From positions 75,206,001-75,270,000 of the forward strand of contig OZ024741.1 in NCBI GenBank assembly GCA_964016885.1: a stretch of 64,000 bases of DNA, written 5' to 3'. Under the pieces are notes generated by a model. That model saw only the letters and a program-made list of their open reading frames with translations, did no database searches and was not told the origin of the DNA. Below are positions 63,868 through 64,000 of this stretch, piece after piece. Numbering within the stretch: the first letter of the stretch is position 1; each line of letters starts with the position of its first letter. Source of the stretch: Eledone cirrhosa. Lineage: Eukaryota. Both the position numbers and the translations under genes were made by a program.

Positions 63868-64000
63868 TGGTTTCTTATATAAGCACACAAGGCCAACAAT
63901 TTTCGATTAAATCGACCCCAGAGCATGACTGGTACTTTATTTTATTGACCCCGTAAGGATGAAAGGCAAAGTTAACCTCGGGGGGATTTGAACTCAGAGG
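63868..64000 (-). mobile_element. Meta-like SINE, cut by the window end
   Basis: gaccccgtaaggatgaaaggcaaagttaacctcgggggatttgaactcag. Confidence 0.82.

Overview
This is AT-rich, repeat-dense eukaryotic DNA, most likely intronic or intergenic sequence from a coleoid cephalopod such as Octopus. That assignment is inferred from the SINE families, the (TA)n/(CAT)n microsatellites and the RTE families. No prokaryotic genes, CRISPR arrays, rRNAs or true tRNAs are visible. Transposable elements dominate: (1) one apparently intact, full-length RTE LINE (43807-47853; APE+RT with a PHD-like finger inside the RT) plus several truncated or inverted sister copies; (2) Penelope-like elements (PLEs) of two clades, a C-rich Neptune-like copy at 6206-9197 and Naiad-like fragments at 43610-48130, 54335-55603 and 57795-59035; (3) a Rep-deleted Helitron and non-autonomous Helitrons; (4) piggyBac-, hAT- and Tc-like MITEs; (5) tRNA-derived SINEs with target-site duplications (TSDs); (6) minisatellites derived from TE sequence. 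Two signals go beyond this inventory. First, about a dozen type I hammerhead-ribozyme-like motifs occur, mostly in short non-coding inserts in (TA)n tracts and often as tandem or fold-back repeats; two carry a compensatory U3:A8 core. Second, a tentative phase-compatible chain of three minus-strand exons begins MGKQNST (myristoylation motif) and contains a single in-frame UGA after Cys. All calls are by eye and most boundaries are approximate.
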